Below, piece by piece: positions 15,721-29,185 of a stretch of DNA of 64,000 nucleotides. The notes beneath the pieces are model-generated. The model was not told the origin of the DNA. It ran no database searches and saw only the letters and a program-made list of their open reading frames with translations. Both the position numbers and the translations under genes were made by a program. How positions within the stretch are numbered: the stretch's first letter is position 1; each line of letters starts with the position of its first letter. Location: the NCBI GenBank assembly GCA_964016885.1, contig OZ024745.1:86428001-86492000 (forward strand), in the 5' to 3' direction. The stretch is from Eledone cirrhosa (taxonomy: Eukaryota).

Positions 15721-16690
15721 CATAGTTACTGAAGCTCTTGCTAGATATAGTGGACATTTTCCTAACAGGTTTGTTGTTCGACATCATTTATAAAATATAA
15801 TTGGCTCTGGTTTTATTTTCATTGTTTACTCTCAACACAATCAGTAGCCTACTTAAATGGTTTGAATAGTTTAAATGATTTCAAACAAAATGTTTTTTTT
15901 TTCCTACAATACCTACCATAATAGCTGGGCTATAAAATGAAGTTAATTTCATTGAAATTTTAAGAGAGGGTTCACACTATAAGCATGGATCTTCATTAAC
16001 AGTTACCAATAAGGTGATTGTGTATTATTAGTGGTAAGGGTGTTAGACTTAGAATAATAATGCTGTGGGTTGTGCTGGGTTGTGTGTTGTATTGTTGAGC
16101 AAAATATATCATTTCATGTTGCTCCAGTATACTCAGCTGAAAATGAGTATCAACAATAGCCTGGGTTTAACACTGCGATGGACTAGCTGAATCACTCCCA
16201 TTAGAAATAACATACTTTAGTGGGCATAAATTTCGTCAACAGATTTTGGAAGGAAGTTGGTAGCTCTTTTTGTTCTGCATACAAATTGATTTGTTGGTCA
16301 ATCATCTCAATTAGTTGTAAAGGTAATCAGTGGGCTTTACATCACTCCAATGTCTTTTTAGGTTCAGGAATTATTGTGAAAGCTTCTAAATTCTGATTGA
16401 CAATTGAGTTAGATCAGTCCGCATGTAAACACCATTTATCTGTGTCACCTGATTCAAAATTAGACAAGTCGTTAGTGTGCAGAGATGGAATAAAAATATC
16501 ACTATTATAATCAATACAAAATCTGATTTACTTCTTTACTTCTCTGCTACGAAATCATCAAAACTCTGAGCAACCATATTTCAATACAAATCATTTCAAG
16601 TTGCTACACATTGTAACAAAGTAAAGGTTTATCATAGAGGAAGTGAAAACAATTTGCTCTCTTTCAATAGAAAGTTCTTCACTTCCTTAA

Positions 16691-17740
16691 CCCTTTAGCA
16701 TTCGCGTTAATTTTCAAATGTCATGCTTATCTGTTCGCACTATTTTGAGTTAATCATACTCGAGAGGGTTATCAATTTTATTTGTTTGTAATTTTCTTAA
16801 TTTTCTATGTGCAGGCTTGAAATTTTGTCAGTAGATCTTTAAATATCAATAATTTACAATTATATAATTTTACCTAATTTTTTTTGGTTAAATTTGACTT
16901 TTATGGGCAGGTGAAATTAATTAATAGGGGCATTTGAAGTATCAGCCAGGTGCAAATACTGGTTTAATTTTAAATATGTTGTTTTCGGCTAATACTTGAT
17001 ATATAAGGATCACTAAACCTTATATCAGTGCTCCAGTAATTCCAGAGTCTTGGAAATTGTTTTATACCGAACATAATATTTACGGTAAAAAATGCTTGCA
17101 TTTCCGCAGCATCTGTCGGTTACCAAACAGATCGGGTTTTCCTCGATTTGAAATCTGTTGTTGGGCATATCGATTAATCTCTTCTGCCACAACTTCGAAG
17201 AAAGTTTGTGGTAAAAACAAAAAGAAATAATCCAGTACTTTAGCATCGGGAGCTAATGTGTGTTGTGGACCAGTATTTTAAATAAAATCGGGAACATATA
17301 TTGGTGTGGTATTTTTCAACCACGTTGCTGTAATATTTTCAATGGTGTCCTGGAGATCTTCGTTTATGCTTTCAAAACAAACAATCATCGCCGGATGAAA
17401 TTTCAGAAAATATCTTTTGTTTCTTGTTCATTCTGAATGTCATCGTGTGTAAAACCTTCAAAGTCGGTATCGCTACTTTCACAAGCCATGTTGATAAACA
17501 AAAAATCCTGTTCTACTTTCAATGTTAAAAAAACACATGTTGTTTTAAGTTGTTTCACTATATTAAGTGTTAATTTTCGTGGTAAGGGCCTGATCTCACA
17601 GTAATTATGGAATTGACGAGATTTTGATGATGGTTTGTTTACTTTTAGAACAGTATTTTAGTGTGGGTGTTATCGGCCGGTTTCGGGCAGTTTAAACAAA
17701 TGAAGGGGAAATAATTTCGGGCGGTTTGAACACTAAAGGG
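16691..17740 (-). mobile_element. Second copy of the same deleted piggyBac element, inverted
   Basis: TTAA TSDs at 16687-16690 and 17741-17744; reverse complement aligns end to end with 8515-9608. Confidence 0.88.
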
Positions 17741-17989
17741 TTAAATATCATTGTAAACATCAACAGCCGATCATGCATGGTTTCATATGGTATAACATTT
17801 GGGTGACTATTTGTTTTTTGTCATGCGAAGTACAGTACACCTAGAGTTTAAAGATATTAAGTCAGTGAGATTAATGTAACTAGTTCATGGTTGAAGCTTT
17901 TTTATAACAATTCATCATCGTTTTTACGACTGCTTTTTCATGCTTGCATTGGTTGAACTTGTCTGTTTTGATGTAAGCTATTTTGTTGA

Positions 17990-18169
<180 letters not shown>

Positions 18170-18641
18170 TTTCAATAGCAGAGAGACATGGCAGTCCATA
18201 CTGCAGTCATCAAACTTTAGCTAATAATAATAATTATAATAATAATAATGATTCTGTGTCAGAAAGGGAAGTATGAAGAAATGCAGCCAGTTCCAAGGAC
18301 TGTGGCCATGTCTCTCCTGCATTGGTATTACTAAATGATAGCGTATATACTATGAAAAAATGGATATTGCGTCCCTTGATCTATTGTCACCATCACAACC
18401 ACCAATGATAATTTAGATTTTTTTTCTTCTCACCACAAAATTAATTTTCCTATTTGATCGAGCGCATGTCTACAAAACACTTTTTTTCCTAGTATAATCC
18501 TCACGCTGCAGTTCTTTACTCTGGTCTGTTTGATGATGAGAGCCAACTCTACACCTGTCTGATGATGAGAGCCAATTCTACTCATCACTTCATATTAACA
18601 CCTTTTAGTTTCAATTCATGATTTGAGAAAACAAAAACTAT

Positions 18642-18647
18642 AATAAA
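18642..18647 (+). promoter_or_regulatory. Candidate polyadenylation signal of DHX15
   Basis: AATAAA ~470 nt after the stop, followed by a GT/T-rich tract (tttgtgttttattttt). Confidence 0.45.
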
Positions 18648-20799
18648 AAAAAAATAGCATTTGTGTTTTATTTTTCTTTCTTTTTCCATCTCTCCTCATT
18701 TTCTCCTCACATCTCTATATATTTCTTTTCTCTATTTCCTTTTGCATATCTCCACTTCAATTTCTAACTTATGTCACTGCCTGTCTTGAGTGCCCCTCCC
18801 TCTCATTTCCATCCTCCCCTCATCTTTTTTTTTCATATCCTCTCTATTTCACGTTAGATCTTTCTCTCTTTTCTTTAAATTTTCTTTTATTTCTCTCTTT
18901 TATTCCCACTTCCCTCTTTCTTGCTCTTGTGTCTAATCTGTTAACATTGGAAATATTAAAACAACAAAAGAAACCAGTATCAATCTTTTATCTAAACCAT
19001 GTCTGTTTTATTCTTTTCTGTTATTCTCTTATATGTATTCTAACAGAAGTATTTTTGTATGTAAATTTTGACTTTATTGATCTAATGTAGAAATAGTTTT
19101 TATAGATGGGTGCAGTTTCTATCACTAACCACCCAATTAATGATATATATAGGTAAAAATAACTAAGCTTTGTGTTGAAGTTGATTATGGGTTATAGTAT
19201 ATATTGAGAGCATTTAGGATGTTAAGTCTAAGACTAACTTCATCCTATATATATATAATATATATATATATAGGATGAAGTATAACAATATCGGTTTCAA
19301 CACACGTTTTCAGATAAAGAATCTTGCTAAACAAATTCAGAAACGAAATATATATATATATATAGTTTCTACTTTTGGCAAACACCAGCAATTACATTAC
19401 TGGAACTTTATTTTATCGATCCCGTAAGGATGAAAGGAAAAGTTAATCTTGATGGGATTTTAACTTAGTAAAAGAATAAGAGTCAGTGTTGCGTCATAAC
19501 ATATTTAATTACATATGTTTCACTGTTGATCAGCTTGAGGAACGATCTATCATTAATTGAACCTGACTCTGGAATCGAAAGATCCTCAGATATGCCTCAG
19601 TAAATATAAATATTTATAAATCAGCATATAGAGATATGTGTTCAATCATAGGAGATCTAAAACCGCCAGTGTGAAGAACATATTAACACACGGAAAGAAT
19701 GGTGAATACAAATCAAATTATAATATATTAAAGTGTACTAACCATCCAATTATGACTCCAGACACGCTCAAATTAGTTTCACTATTTTAAGTGGAGTATA
19801 GCTCATTGGTGGATGTCCTTGCAATATGGACTCCATTTCTAAAAGTCTATTAGATAACTAAAAATACGCACGTGTACGTTTTACAACCCATGGCAGTGTG
19901 AATAAGCCATAAGACTGCTAAAAACAGCAGCTCAGAACCATTCAACTTAAGCTCTACTTACATATACAAATGAAATGAACCATTAATATATATATATATT
20001 TTTTCATTTCATTTTACGTCCGCTTTTTCCCTGCTTGCAAGGTGGGACGGGAACTGATTCTGGCTTGATTTCTACAGCTGGATGCCCTTCCTAACACCAA
20101 CCTCATTTACAGTGAGTGCTGGGTGCTTTTTTTTGCAGTGGAATGATATGGACCCCAGTCCCTATCTCATTTCTACAGCTGAGTAAACTGGAGCAATGTG
20201 AAATAAAGTGTCTTGCTCAACGAAACAACACATATATTAATGGTTCGTATATATATATGTGTGTGTGTGTGTGTAATAATAAATGTGAAGACTAAAACCA
20301 GTAGAGCAAGTATTTATTTTAAGTACAGATTAAAGTTTAAGCAAAGAAACGCTGCTTTCCCCTTTTACTGGCGTGTGTGTAAACAGCAAATTCTGGGTTT
20401 TAAAAATTCAAGGGAGACAACCTAGAAAAATTATCGATTTTCCAACTATTTGGAACCCGAGAGTATATAAAGAGCTGGGCAATTTAAGTGGAAGAGGGAC
20501 ACCAAGAAAGTGGCGAAGAATGGTTGCTGAAAAGCTGAGACTCACGACGGAGACATGCTGTGATGGAGATCTACTCAGTAGTACAGACACGGTGACATGT
20601 TAAAATTAAATGTGACGATGTTAATCGAGGTTATGGTTTATTTGCAACCTTTTGTATGACTGCTAGGATAGCCATTACATAATGCTGTTGGAATGATCTT
20701 ATAATCTTTATTTAGTATGTATTGCAATTATTGAGAGAGATATATTAAATTACTTAGGCATCCTTAAGTAAGGAACGGCTTTTATTCAGATGCGAAATT

Positions 20800-21282
20800 C
20801 TTGTCATTGCTGGCGGCTCGACTTACCGAGGTGTCAGGTAATGCTCGTGAGGGTGCCTGGTTAAGCGCCTTACTGAGGTATCAGGTGATGCCGATGAGGG
20901 TGTTGGTTGTTTCAGCGCCTTGGAAAGGCCGGGTGATGAAGATGAGGTATCGGGTAATGCCTGTGAATGTGCTTGGTTGTTTCGGTGCTTTAGTCTCGCC
21001 ATTACCTGGCCTTACCGAGGTGTGAGGGTGCCTGGTTGTTTCAGCGCCTTACTGAAATGTGAAGGGTGCTTGGTTGTTTCAGCACCTTAGCTTCACCATC
21101 ACCTAGTCTTACCTAGGTGTCAGGTTATTCGTGTGAGGGTGCCTGGTTGTTTCAGCACATTAGTCTCACTATCACCCGGCCATACAGCGGTGTCAGGCGA
21201 TGCCCATAAGGGTGCTTGGTTGTTTCAGCGCCTTCGCCTCGCCATCACCCATCATAATGCTGCGAGCGTATTGGCTTGCCTC
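20800..21282 (+). repeat. Tandem ~78-bp repeats derived from the 3' coding end of a CRE-like (RLE) non-LTR element
   Basis: Units encode LTEVSGDAREGAWLFQRLSLAIT and end in NAASVLACL; unamplified copy on the minus strand at 30742-30850. Confidence 0.7.
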
Positions 21283-22846
21283 AATATATTCCGTTGACCC
21301 TTAAGATGTGATGTGCGACCGATTGTCGCACTTGATGGTTGGTTTCGTTTTTCTTTTGGCTTCCCCCCTATTTTTTCTTCTTTCTCTCACTCTGGTCATA
21401 TATTTTGGTGCTTTGTTTTCGTGAGGTTCTTAACATTAGTTAATTGTGTTTATCAATGACATTATATTTGTAATGTTATTTATACAACTGAATAAAAATT
21501 GTTATACCTGTGGAAGGTTAAATTTGGGATAAACCCAATAAATGAACTTTAAAAGAAACTGCTCTAAAGGCCGATTATATAGTTCTTGTCACAAACATTA
21601 CGGTAGTAAACATAATTCGTAGCTGCTGGAAAAAATTCCACGAACATCTGCTAAATATTCAATGGTAACTAGCAAAAGTAACAAACTACTTGCGTTGAAT
21701 GTTTAATCTTAGGTCAGCCTTGAATAAAGTAAAGACTTTAACTATCATGTCTTTTTTTTTTTCTTTTCTTTTTGAGATAAAATATTTCTGGGTTCGGGAT
21801 GACACTGTAGTTAAACAATTATGCGGTTGTGGTTTTAGTTTCGATTCTATAGAATGATATCTTAGGCAAGTGTTTTCTACCATAGCTACGTCTCCATTAA
21901 ATCCTTAGTGAAATTTGGTAGACATAAACTAGAAGCTCATTCAAAGCACTATTCCCATTCTTACTTAATCTGTCGCCCTGTTTAATATCAGTCTGGTTTT
22001 TAGGTACCTCTAACAGAATCCGCTCTTAAAAACATTCAGAGCAGGTTTCTTCTCCGATAACAACTTCCATCAATGACAGGGTCCCTGAAAAGGGCCATGA
22101 GCCCTGCTCTTCCCTATCATTAATTAGTCTACCTTCCCTTTTTAAAGATGGTAGATTATGATTTTGATAGGGATATGGTCGTTAATTTTAGCAACTCGAC
22201 TGATCTCACACCGTCCTTTGCGGTGGCTCGGCTTTTAAATGATACTTGTGAAAACTAGTAGAGTTGAATATGTTTAGAAAACTTGGATTTTTAAAACGTT
22301 AGAATTTAGAGATAAGTGGTTAATAGATTCTTACAAACTTGGAGAGAAGACTTTGGATGTGGTTAATGGATTCTTAAAATTTAGAAATAAGATAAACTGA
22401 ATGTCTCTTGGCAGCATGCAGAAATGGATGTTGAATCATAATCTACTTTCATGTGTATTGCGATTTTAAGGTATCGTTTCTTATTCATGCAGAATGTTGA
22501 AGTTCGGAAAGCTTTTAATAAATTAGTGTTCTGGTTTATTAAAAAATATAACCATGGTAGGCGCTGATATCTTCACAAATGTAGATATCAGATAGATTAC
22601 TCGGAATTTTGTGAAGTTGGCGAGCATTGTAATTAGTAGCTGCTCAGCCATCATTACTCGGTCGTGTAAAACCCATGGCACAGAGAAGGTCAGATAGAAA
22701 CATGAATATATCCCATTGCATGGGATATATTTCTACCATATAGAAAACCTTTCTTACAAGCACCGAGACCTTTTTTATGGTGATGGAAAGAATTCTGTTA
22801 AGTAATTAACGGATTGTATCCTGGTAAATCAAACTTTGTATTAGAT

Positions 22847-23165
22847 CAGGGGTGTGCAACATATTCCATTCGTGGGCCACTTTTGAACAATAGAACAACT
22901 ATTAGGACCATTACTATTTGTTAAGCACTATTACAAAGATTCACCACAACTTCTTTCCATAACATGTAACTGTGAAATTATAACACACATAACCCTATCA
23001 GTGAAGCCCTTTAGCATAGGTCAACTAACAGAAAATTGTATTACGGTTACGAAAAAAATTCTAAATAAGCCTACAAGGTAAAAATTAAAAACGGTCATCG
23101 CGGGCCACTCTGACTGGTCTGGTGGGTTGGATCGTGGCCGGCGGGCCACCTGTTGCACGCCCCTG
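22847..23165. mobile_element. hAT-type MITE
   Basis: TIRs CAGGGGTGTGCAACA / TGTTGCACGCCCCTG; 8-bp TSD tattagat / tattaaat. Confidence 0.8.
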
Positions 23166-24147
23166 TATTAAATGTTCATGACGTCCAAAAAAGTAAGAGT
23201 GAGCATTCTTATGGTGATGGAAAGAATTCGGTTAAGTAATTAATGTATAGAAGCTTGATGAATCAAACCTTGTATTGTTCAAGACCAGTTTCACGACGCC
23301 AAAATGTAAGAGTCTGCTTTCTTTAGCAATGTTTCAATTTCAGAAGAATTGCTACATGGGCACAAGTTAGTGTGTAAGACATGACTACATTTGATCAGCT
23401 TTTGTTCTGAATTGAGATTAATATTGTGAAATATAGATGTTGTTACAACATTTTAGAGGTTGGTTGGGGTGAAAAGAGTAATAATCTGGTGCTGTCTGTA
23501 AGGATAACATATTCGAAATATCAGGAACAATCTGAAAAGATCAATGAAATGGCAAAGTAATTCAATATACCACCTAGAGGCCCCATTGGAAACAACTGTA
23601 GGGTCGTTGTATCTATTTACGAAATGGCACTACAATAAGCCCAATCTTATATACCTGCTTAAAGGATTACCGGTTTATCCATTACACAAGTGTTCGGATC
23701 CCTATACTATCGTCTCATTTCATCTACCGTAAAAAAAACCCCTTCCAATTGATACAACTGTTTCATTAGAGATAAAACATTTAATATTTGCATAAACATG
23801 TCGATGTCTAATAGAAAATACAGAACGCCGGACGAAACGAGTTGCTATATTCAGTCACGTTGTTGTTGCTGCTTAGTACTAGATCATCCCTGATTGAGAA
23901 GTGTGTGCATGGCATGCATTGTCCCGTAACTCCTGAGGGAATCGTAGGAACGACGTTTCTAGAACATTTAAAAACCTGTCAGAGCCTCTCAGGTCTGAAT
24001 ACAGCAGATTTCTTCCAGAGACAGATAGAGAAAGAGAGGAAGAATTGACCACCCTCGGAACGAATATCGCAAAACATTCTATCTGACGTTCTAACGACAC
24101 AACCAATTCGCCGCCTACGATTGAGAAGTATTACGTTCAAAAAGGGC

Positions 24148-25007
24148 ACTGGATTGGCAGTATCGGTAGAGGGTCGGACGCCATGCTTTGCAGCATAGAG
24201 TTACGGCCCTTTATGGTTAACCATAGGTTAACTTTACCTTTTATCCTTACGGGGTCGATAAAATAATACACCAGTAATGCACTGGGATAATTGCTGGCCT
24301 TGTGCCCAAAATAGAAACAATTATGCTCAAAAGCGTTCCATACATGACTTTTCCAATAATATTTTCTCAAACATAGTATATCTAAAACTACATTGTTCAA
24401 TGTGCCTTTCTTATTTTAAGCAGTTGAGTGTAATTTGAAAAATTCTACCTTATTATTTTCTGCTCTCATTTGTTCGGATTCAGTTACGACTTTTCACGCC
24501 CTGAGTTTAAATCCGGCCAGAGTCAAATTTGTTTTTCCTCCCTTAGCCAATGAAAACCCAACTGACGCATGTATAAGGAAATGTTTAAAAATAAACATTC
24601 TTTTTTGATAATTGTTTCTACTTTTGGCACAAGGCCAGCAATTACCCAGTGCATTACTGGTACTTTATTTTATCGACCCCGTAAGGGTGAAAGGCAAAGT
24701 TAACCTCGACGGGAATTGAAAAGGGACGTAACTATGATGGAAAGCATGGCGTCCGACCCACTACCGATACTGCCAATTCACCATAGAATGTTATAGTTTG
24801 CGTGAAGCATTGTGCATGGAATATAATGTAGAAAATGATCTGTTTAATGTGAAATGGATGTAAAACGAATACAACGAAAATGTTTGTCATTTGGTGTGTA
24901 TTGAGTTCAAATCGGGGTCGATAAAATAAAGTACCAGTCACGCACTGAGGTTGATTTAATCGACTTCCCCTCCCCCAAAATTACTGGCCTTGTGGCTATA
25001 TAAGAAA

Positions 25008-25010
<3 letters not shown>
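24148..25010. mobile_element. Cluster of three SINE family 1 copies (~24148-24320 +, ~24610-24785 -, ~24895-25010 +)
   Basis: Same head (ggattggcagtatcggtagagggtcggacgccatgc) and core as the other copies. Confidence 0.8.
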
Positions 25011-25058
<48 letters not shown>

Positions 25059-25167
25059 TTAATATTTCAGGACTTAAAAATTCCTTCTTTTCGGTTTTTT
25101 CGCTTTGAAATTTCTTTTTGGTTAGAAAACAAGTTTGTAGTTCGACTATACCCTGGAACTACGTATA

Positions 25168-25380
25168 TCCCTTGTTATGACAATCACATCGCCGCTCTCT
25201 AGACAGGAAGTAGCTGGAGTTACTTCCCGTTGGGGTGGCAGAACCCTTTTTGTCACTTCCGTCCTGGGACCCTATAAAAGGGATAGGTCAGGGCGATCTC
25301 ACTCTCTTCTAACCTGCCTGGCCCTTCGGCCAGGTGCGTTCGCCTGGCAACCATAACATGGTCTCTTGCGAGCTCACTTC
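25168..25380 (+). mobile_element. Partial LTR of Gypsy family A
   Basis: Aligns with the first ~220 bp of the LTRs at 25993 and 27898. Confidence 0.85.
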
Positions 25381-25800
25381 CAGACCCTAGAAAATATGTG
25401 CACCGTTTACGGTCATCGATGTCGCATCTGTCTCCTTCAGCCCCTAAACAACAGCACGTTACTTCACACATCCCAAAAGACATCGATACATGGACGCATG
25501 TTTTCGTTAGAAATGACGGTATTCCATTGCAACTTCGTCCGCCGTATTCCGGGCCCTATAAGGTGATACGGAAATGCCCTAAGTATTTCGTCCTCGACTT
25601 GAACGGGAAATGAAATACCGTCTCCATTGATCGTTTAAAAAAAGCGTTCACAGAACAAGAATTGCCACCAGTACCCACCGTTTCTCCAGCAGACTCACCA
25701 ACAACTTTGTCCGACACAAACATGACAAATTCTGCACAACCCCGACACACCATATCTGGAAGAACAGTCCGATGGCCCACACGATACGTACAAGTTTATC
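25381..25800 (+). pseudogene. Gypsy integrase C-terminus (family B element)
   Basis: THVFVRNDGIPLQLRPPYSGPYKVIRKCPKYFVLDLNGK*NTVSIDRLKKAF: GPY/F motif with an in-frame stop. Confidence 0.85.
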
Positions 25801-25992
25801 GGGTAAGTACAAATTATGCATCTGGTCGACATTTCGGCTAATTTGTACATTTCAACGAATCGGCAATTTCTGTGGTGATGAACTATTGCTACACACAAAT
25901 CAATTAACTCTGTGCATCACCCACATCAAAAGAACATTTTTCCGTTTCTATGAAATGAACGAACTTTTAATCAACAAATTTTCGTACGAACA

Positions 25993-28280
25993 TGTAGCAA
26001 GAGTTGCCTCCCTTGTTATGACAATCACATCACCGCTCTCTAGACAGGAAATAGCTGGAGTTACTTCCCGTTGGGGTGGCAGAACCCTTTTTGTCACTTC
26101 CGTCTTGGACCCTATAAAAGGGATACTCAGAGCGATCTCTCTATCATTTGCTCTCTTCTAACTTGCCTGGCGTCTTCGGCCAGGCGCGTTCGCCTGGCAA
26201 CCCTAACATGGTCTCTTGTGAGCTCACTTCAAAACGGTAACAAATAACTTTACGTCATTCTTTCACCTACTCTTGACTTGTCAACCATTCTGTACTACAT
26301 AACTTCAACTTGTTAATTAAACTTTATACACACAACTGAGTCTCCTGTTATATTCATACACACCAGTATTTTGTTATAAGTGGTGACCCCGAAAAAAATG
26401 ACAGGATCTGGTGTTGTGTGAATATATATAAACAAATTAATTAGCAGTACCCCATTTTCGTTGGAAGGTGTCGACCAACATTTCGAATACGCAGCAAACT
26501 TTATTAACAAATTAGGAAAAATACGCAGACACAGAAACGAACACACGCACATGTGAAATTATCTTTCAGACAGACTCTTTTATCTCACCTAACGTGATTT
26601 TTTTTTTTCGGACTAAGAAATCCCTCCGACCTCCTTAAACATGGATTTCTCTCCGCATATACTGTCTTATAACGAACACATCAAAAAAGAAAAAAAAAAG
26701 AAATTTTTTCTCAGCAAGCAAAATAAACAGAAAATTTTGCCTTTCACGCACGTTTCGTACATCAACTATGTGTCGCATTTCACTGGATGTATATATATGT
26801 TTTTCGTTTCTTCTTACAACGAACACTTTAAAAAAAAAAAGAAATTTGATTTTTTTTTTTTACACATTTCAACATGAACATTTATTTTCGCTGAATCTTA
26901 ACTATTGCTTATTTTTTCCGCCAAGCATTTTTCATCGTTCACAAAAAAGTTGAACTCGCCATATTTGTTATACCAAGTGAAGCCTTTCTTTCTTTTTCAT
27001 CATATTATCACGTTCACACACAAATATTTCAAAATGGCTGCCAACGACCTGTTGCACTATCATTTTCGCGCAATAGAAATATTTTTTTTCAACTTGACTT
27101 TAACCTTGTTTCGGCACGTGTAGGGAGCACACATCTCGACTCACTGAGATAACACACGCCATAGATAATGTTTCTTGCCAAGGATTCTCCAGCCTTAAGC
27201 TATATTCTCCTATTTGCCAGTTTAAAAATTTACCTCGTAAATTTGCTGTTGAAAACTGCGCATTTATTCAGAATGCTTATTTCTTTGGTCGCTGGCCTCT
27301 TGACCCTTCCAGGTCAACGTATTCTCAACATCGACTACCAACTGTGGCTGTTATTTCTAGCACTTTGCGCAACTCATTTTTTCTGGAAAAGATTTCACTG
27401 TGAACGGAAACAACATCGAATACGCTTACTCCGCGAGACAACAACATCAACAACCAAAACCAGCAGAACAAAACAGAATTTATTTTTGCAGCACTCTTCC
27501 TGTGAGAAAATCCCACCGATTTTCACGTTGTACCACAGTCTACAGACCACCTGCATACATTCTCAGGATGACACACTTTCTTTCCTGCTGTCATGTGATT
27601 GCACACCTGTGAACTGTATTTTGAACATTTGAACTTTGACCTCTTCTTTTACTTTGATTACATTGTATCTTTGAGTGATGGATAGATAGATGTCCAGTCG
27701 TTCTCTGGCCAAGAGCGGTTGGCTACCTTGATATCTATCATTGATTTTTGCATGCATATATTTTGCTGTTTTCCTTTTATTGCAATAATTATTTTTTTCG
27801 TAATTTTCATGCCTGGACTTTGGTGTTACATGCTCGCCATCTTACTCCATACATGGTTCATTCGATTTTTATATTTAAAAAATCTGGCGGGGGATAATGT
27901 AGCAAGAGTTGCCTCCCTTGTTATGACAATCACATCACCGCTCTCTAGACAGGAAGTAGCTGGAGTTACTTCCCGTTGGGGTGGCAGAACCCTTTTTGTC
28001 ACTTCCGTCTTGGACCCTTTAAAAGGGATACTCAGAGCGATCTTTCTCTCATTTGCCCTCTTCTAACCTGCCTGGCCCTTCGGCCAGGCGCGTTCGCCTG
28101 GCAACCCTAACATGGTCTCTTGTGAGCTCACTTCAAAACGGTAACAAATAACTTTACTTCATTCTTTCATCTACTCTTGACTTGTCAACCATTCTGTACT
28201 ACATAACTTCAACTTGTTAATTAAACTTTATACACATATATAACTCCTGTTATATTCATACACACCAGTATTTTGTTATA
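25993..28280 (+). mobile_element. Complete non-autonomous LTR element (family A): LTRs 25993-26378 and 27898-28280, non-coding interior
   Basis: Two highly similar ~385-bp direct repeats; PBS TGGTGACCCCGA at 26381 (complementary to a tRNA-Trp 3' end); PPT ggcgggggataa before the 3' LTR; 4-bp TSD AACA. Confidence 0.9.
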
Positions 28281-28494
28281 AACATTTTCAATTTTATGTA
28301 ACATCACAGTACATTTTCCTGCATGTAAATTTCTTTTGCTTTGCATATTTTCTTTAATTTCTCCTGTTTGTAAATGACTTTCATGTGTTTTTTATTTTTA
28401 CTGATTTTCTTCAACAACCCACCTAGTCATACCTATCTTCATTTCACATGCACCTAGATCGTTCAATCTTAGCTTTCTCACTGGAAGGGGGTAC

Positions 28495-29161
28495 TATAAC
28501 GGCGGCGAAGATTCGAAACCGAATCTGAGCTTTCCCGCCTCTGGGACAAGCCGTGGTAACTTGTTTACGCTCAAGAGACTAACCCCTTGGGAGAGGCTAA
28601 ACACAGATCAGAGGTGTTTACGCCTGACAGAAAATAGGTCAGAGGATATATCCATCTTTCTGACTTGTTTACGCTTGGCAAACTAATCCCTTGGGAGACT
28701 CTAACCAAAATTCAGAGGATATATCTATCCTTCTAACTTCAACTCTTATAAATACAGGGGTTGTTTACGCCCCGACAGAAAAGAAGTGATATACAGACAA
28801 GACAAGTCGCATTTACAAGCTCTCGTCACGAAAAACGAGTCTGCCACTTATTTTCACCTTCATGGCTGATCGCTGACTCCTGCAATACAAATAAGTAAAT
28901 ATACTGATACGCACACGCGCATTCATAGTGAGTTCAGTATTTTTACACGCACCATTTCTGTTTACACATATTGTACCTTTCTGGTACAGTATAAATTATA
29001 TTATAATCGTATTCTGTGATACTTGAATTTACGTGGCTCGAAGAGTCACCAAATTATTGTATGAATATTTTGTGTTATTGATTTTATCATTCAATATTCA
29101 AATTGAATATTGTTATAATAAAATAAACTTTGTAACAACACAATCCTGGTATTTTTCTTTA
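28495..29161 (+). mobile_element. Gypsy family B LTR (U3-R part) preceded by a PPT
   Basis: PPT ggaaggggg at 28483-28491; starts TATAACGG; internal repeats, TATA-like tataaa and AATAAA; its U5 end (CCGTTACA) is on the minus strand at 30112-30201. Confidence 0.75.
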
Positions 29162-29185
29162 TTCGGGGTCACCACTTATAACAAA

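Noticed and set aside
18520-18585. Box C/D snoRNA in the DHX15 3' UTR (TGATGA, CTGA)
   Set aside because: Explained by a ~29-nt tandem duplication; box spacing is too short and there is no terminal stem
19237-19281. Palindrome acttcatcct-(TA)n-aggatgaagt
   Set aside because: Short inverted repeat around a self-complementary microsatellite; no evidence of function
21900-23600. Possible ancient LINE coding remnant with a ~110-bp duplication
   Set aside because: No convincing protein motif could be read on either strand
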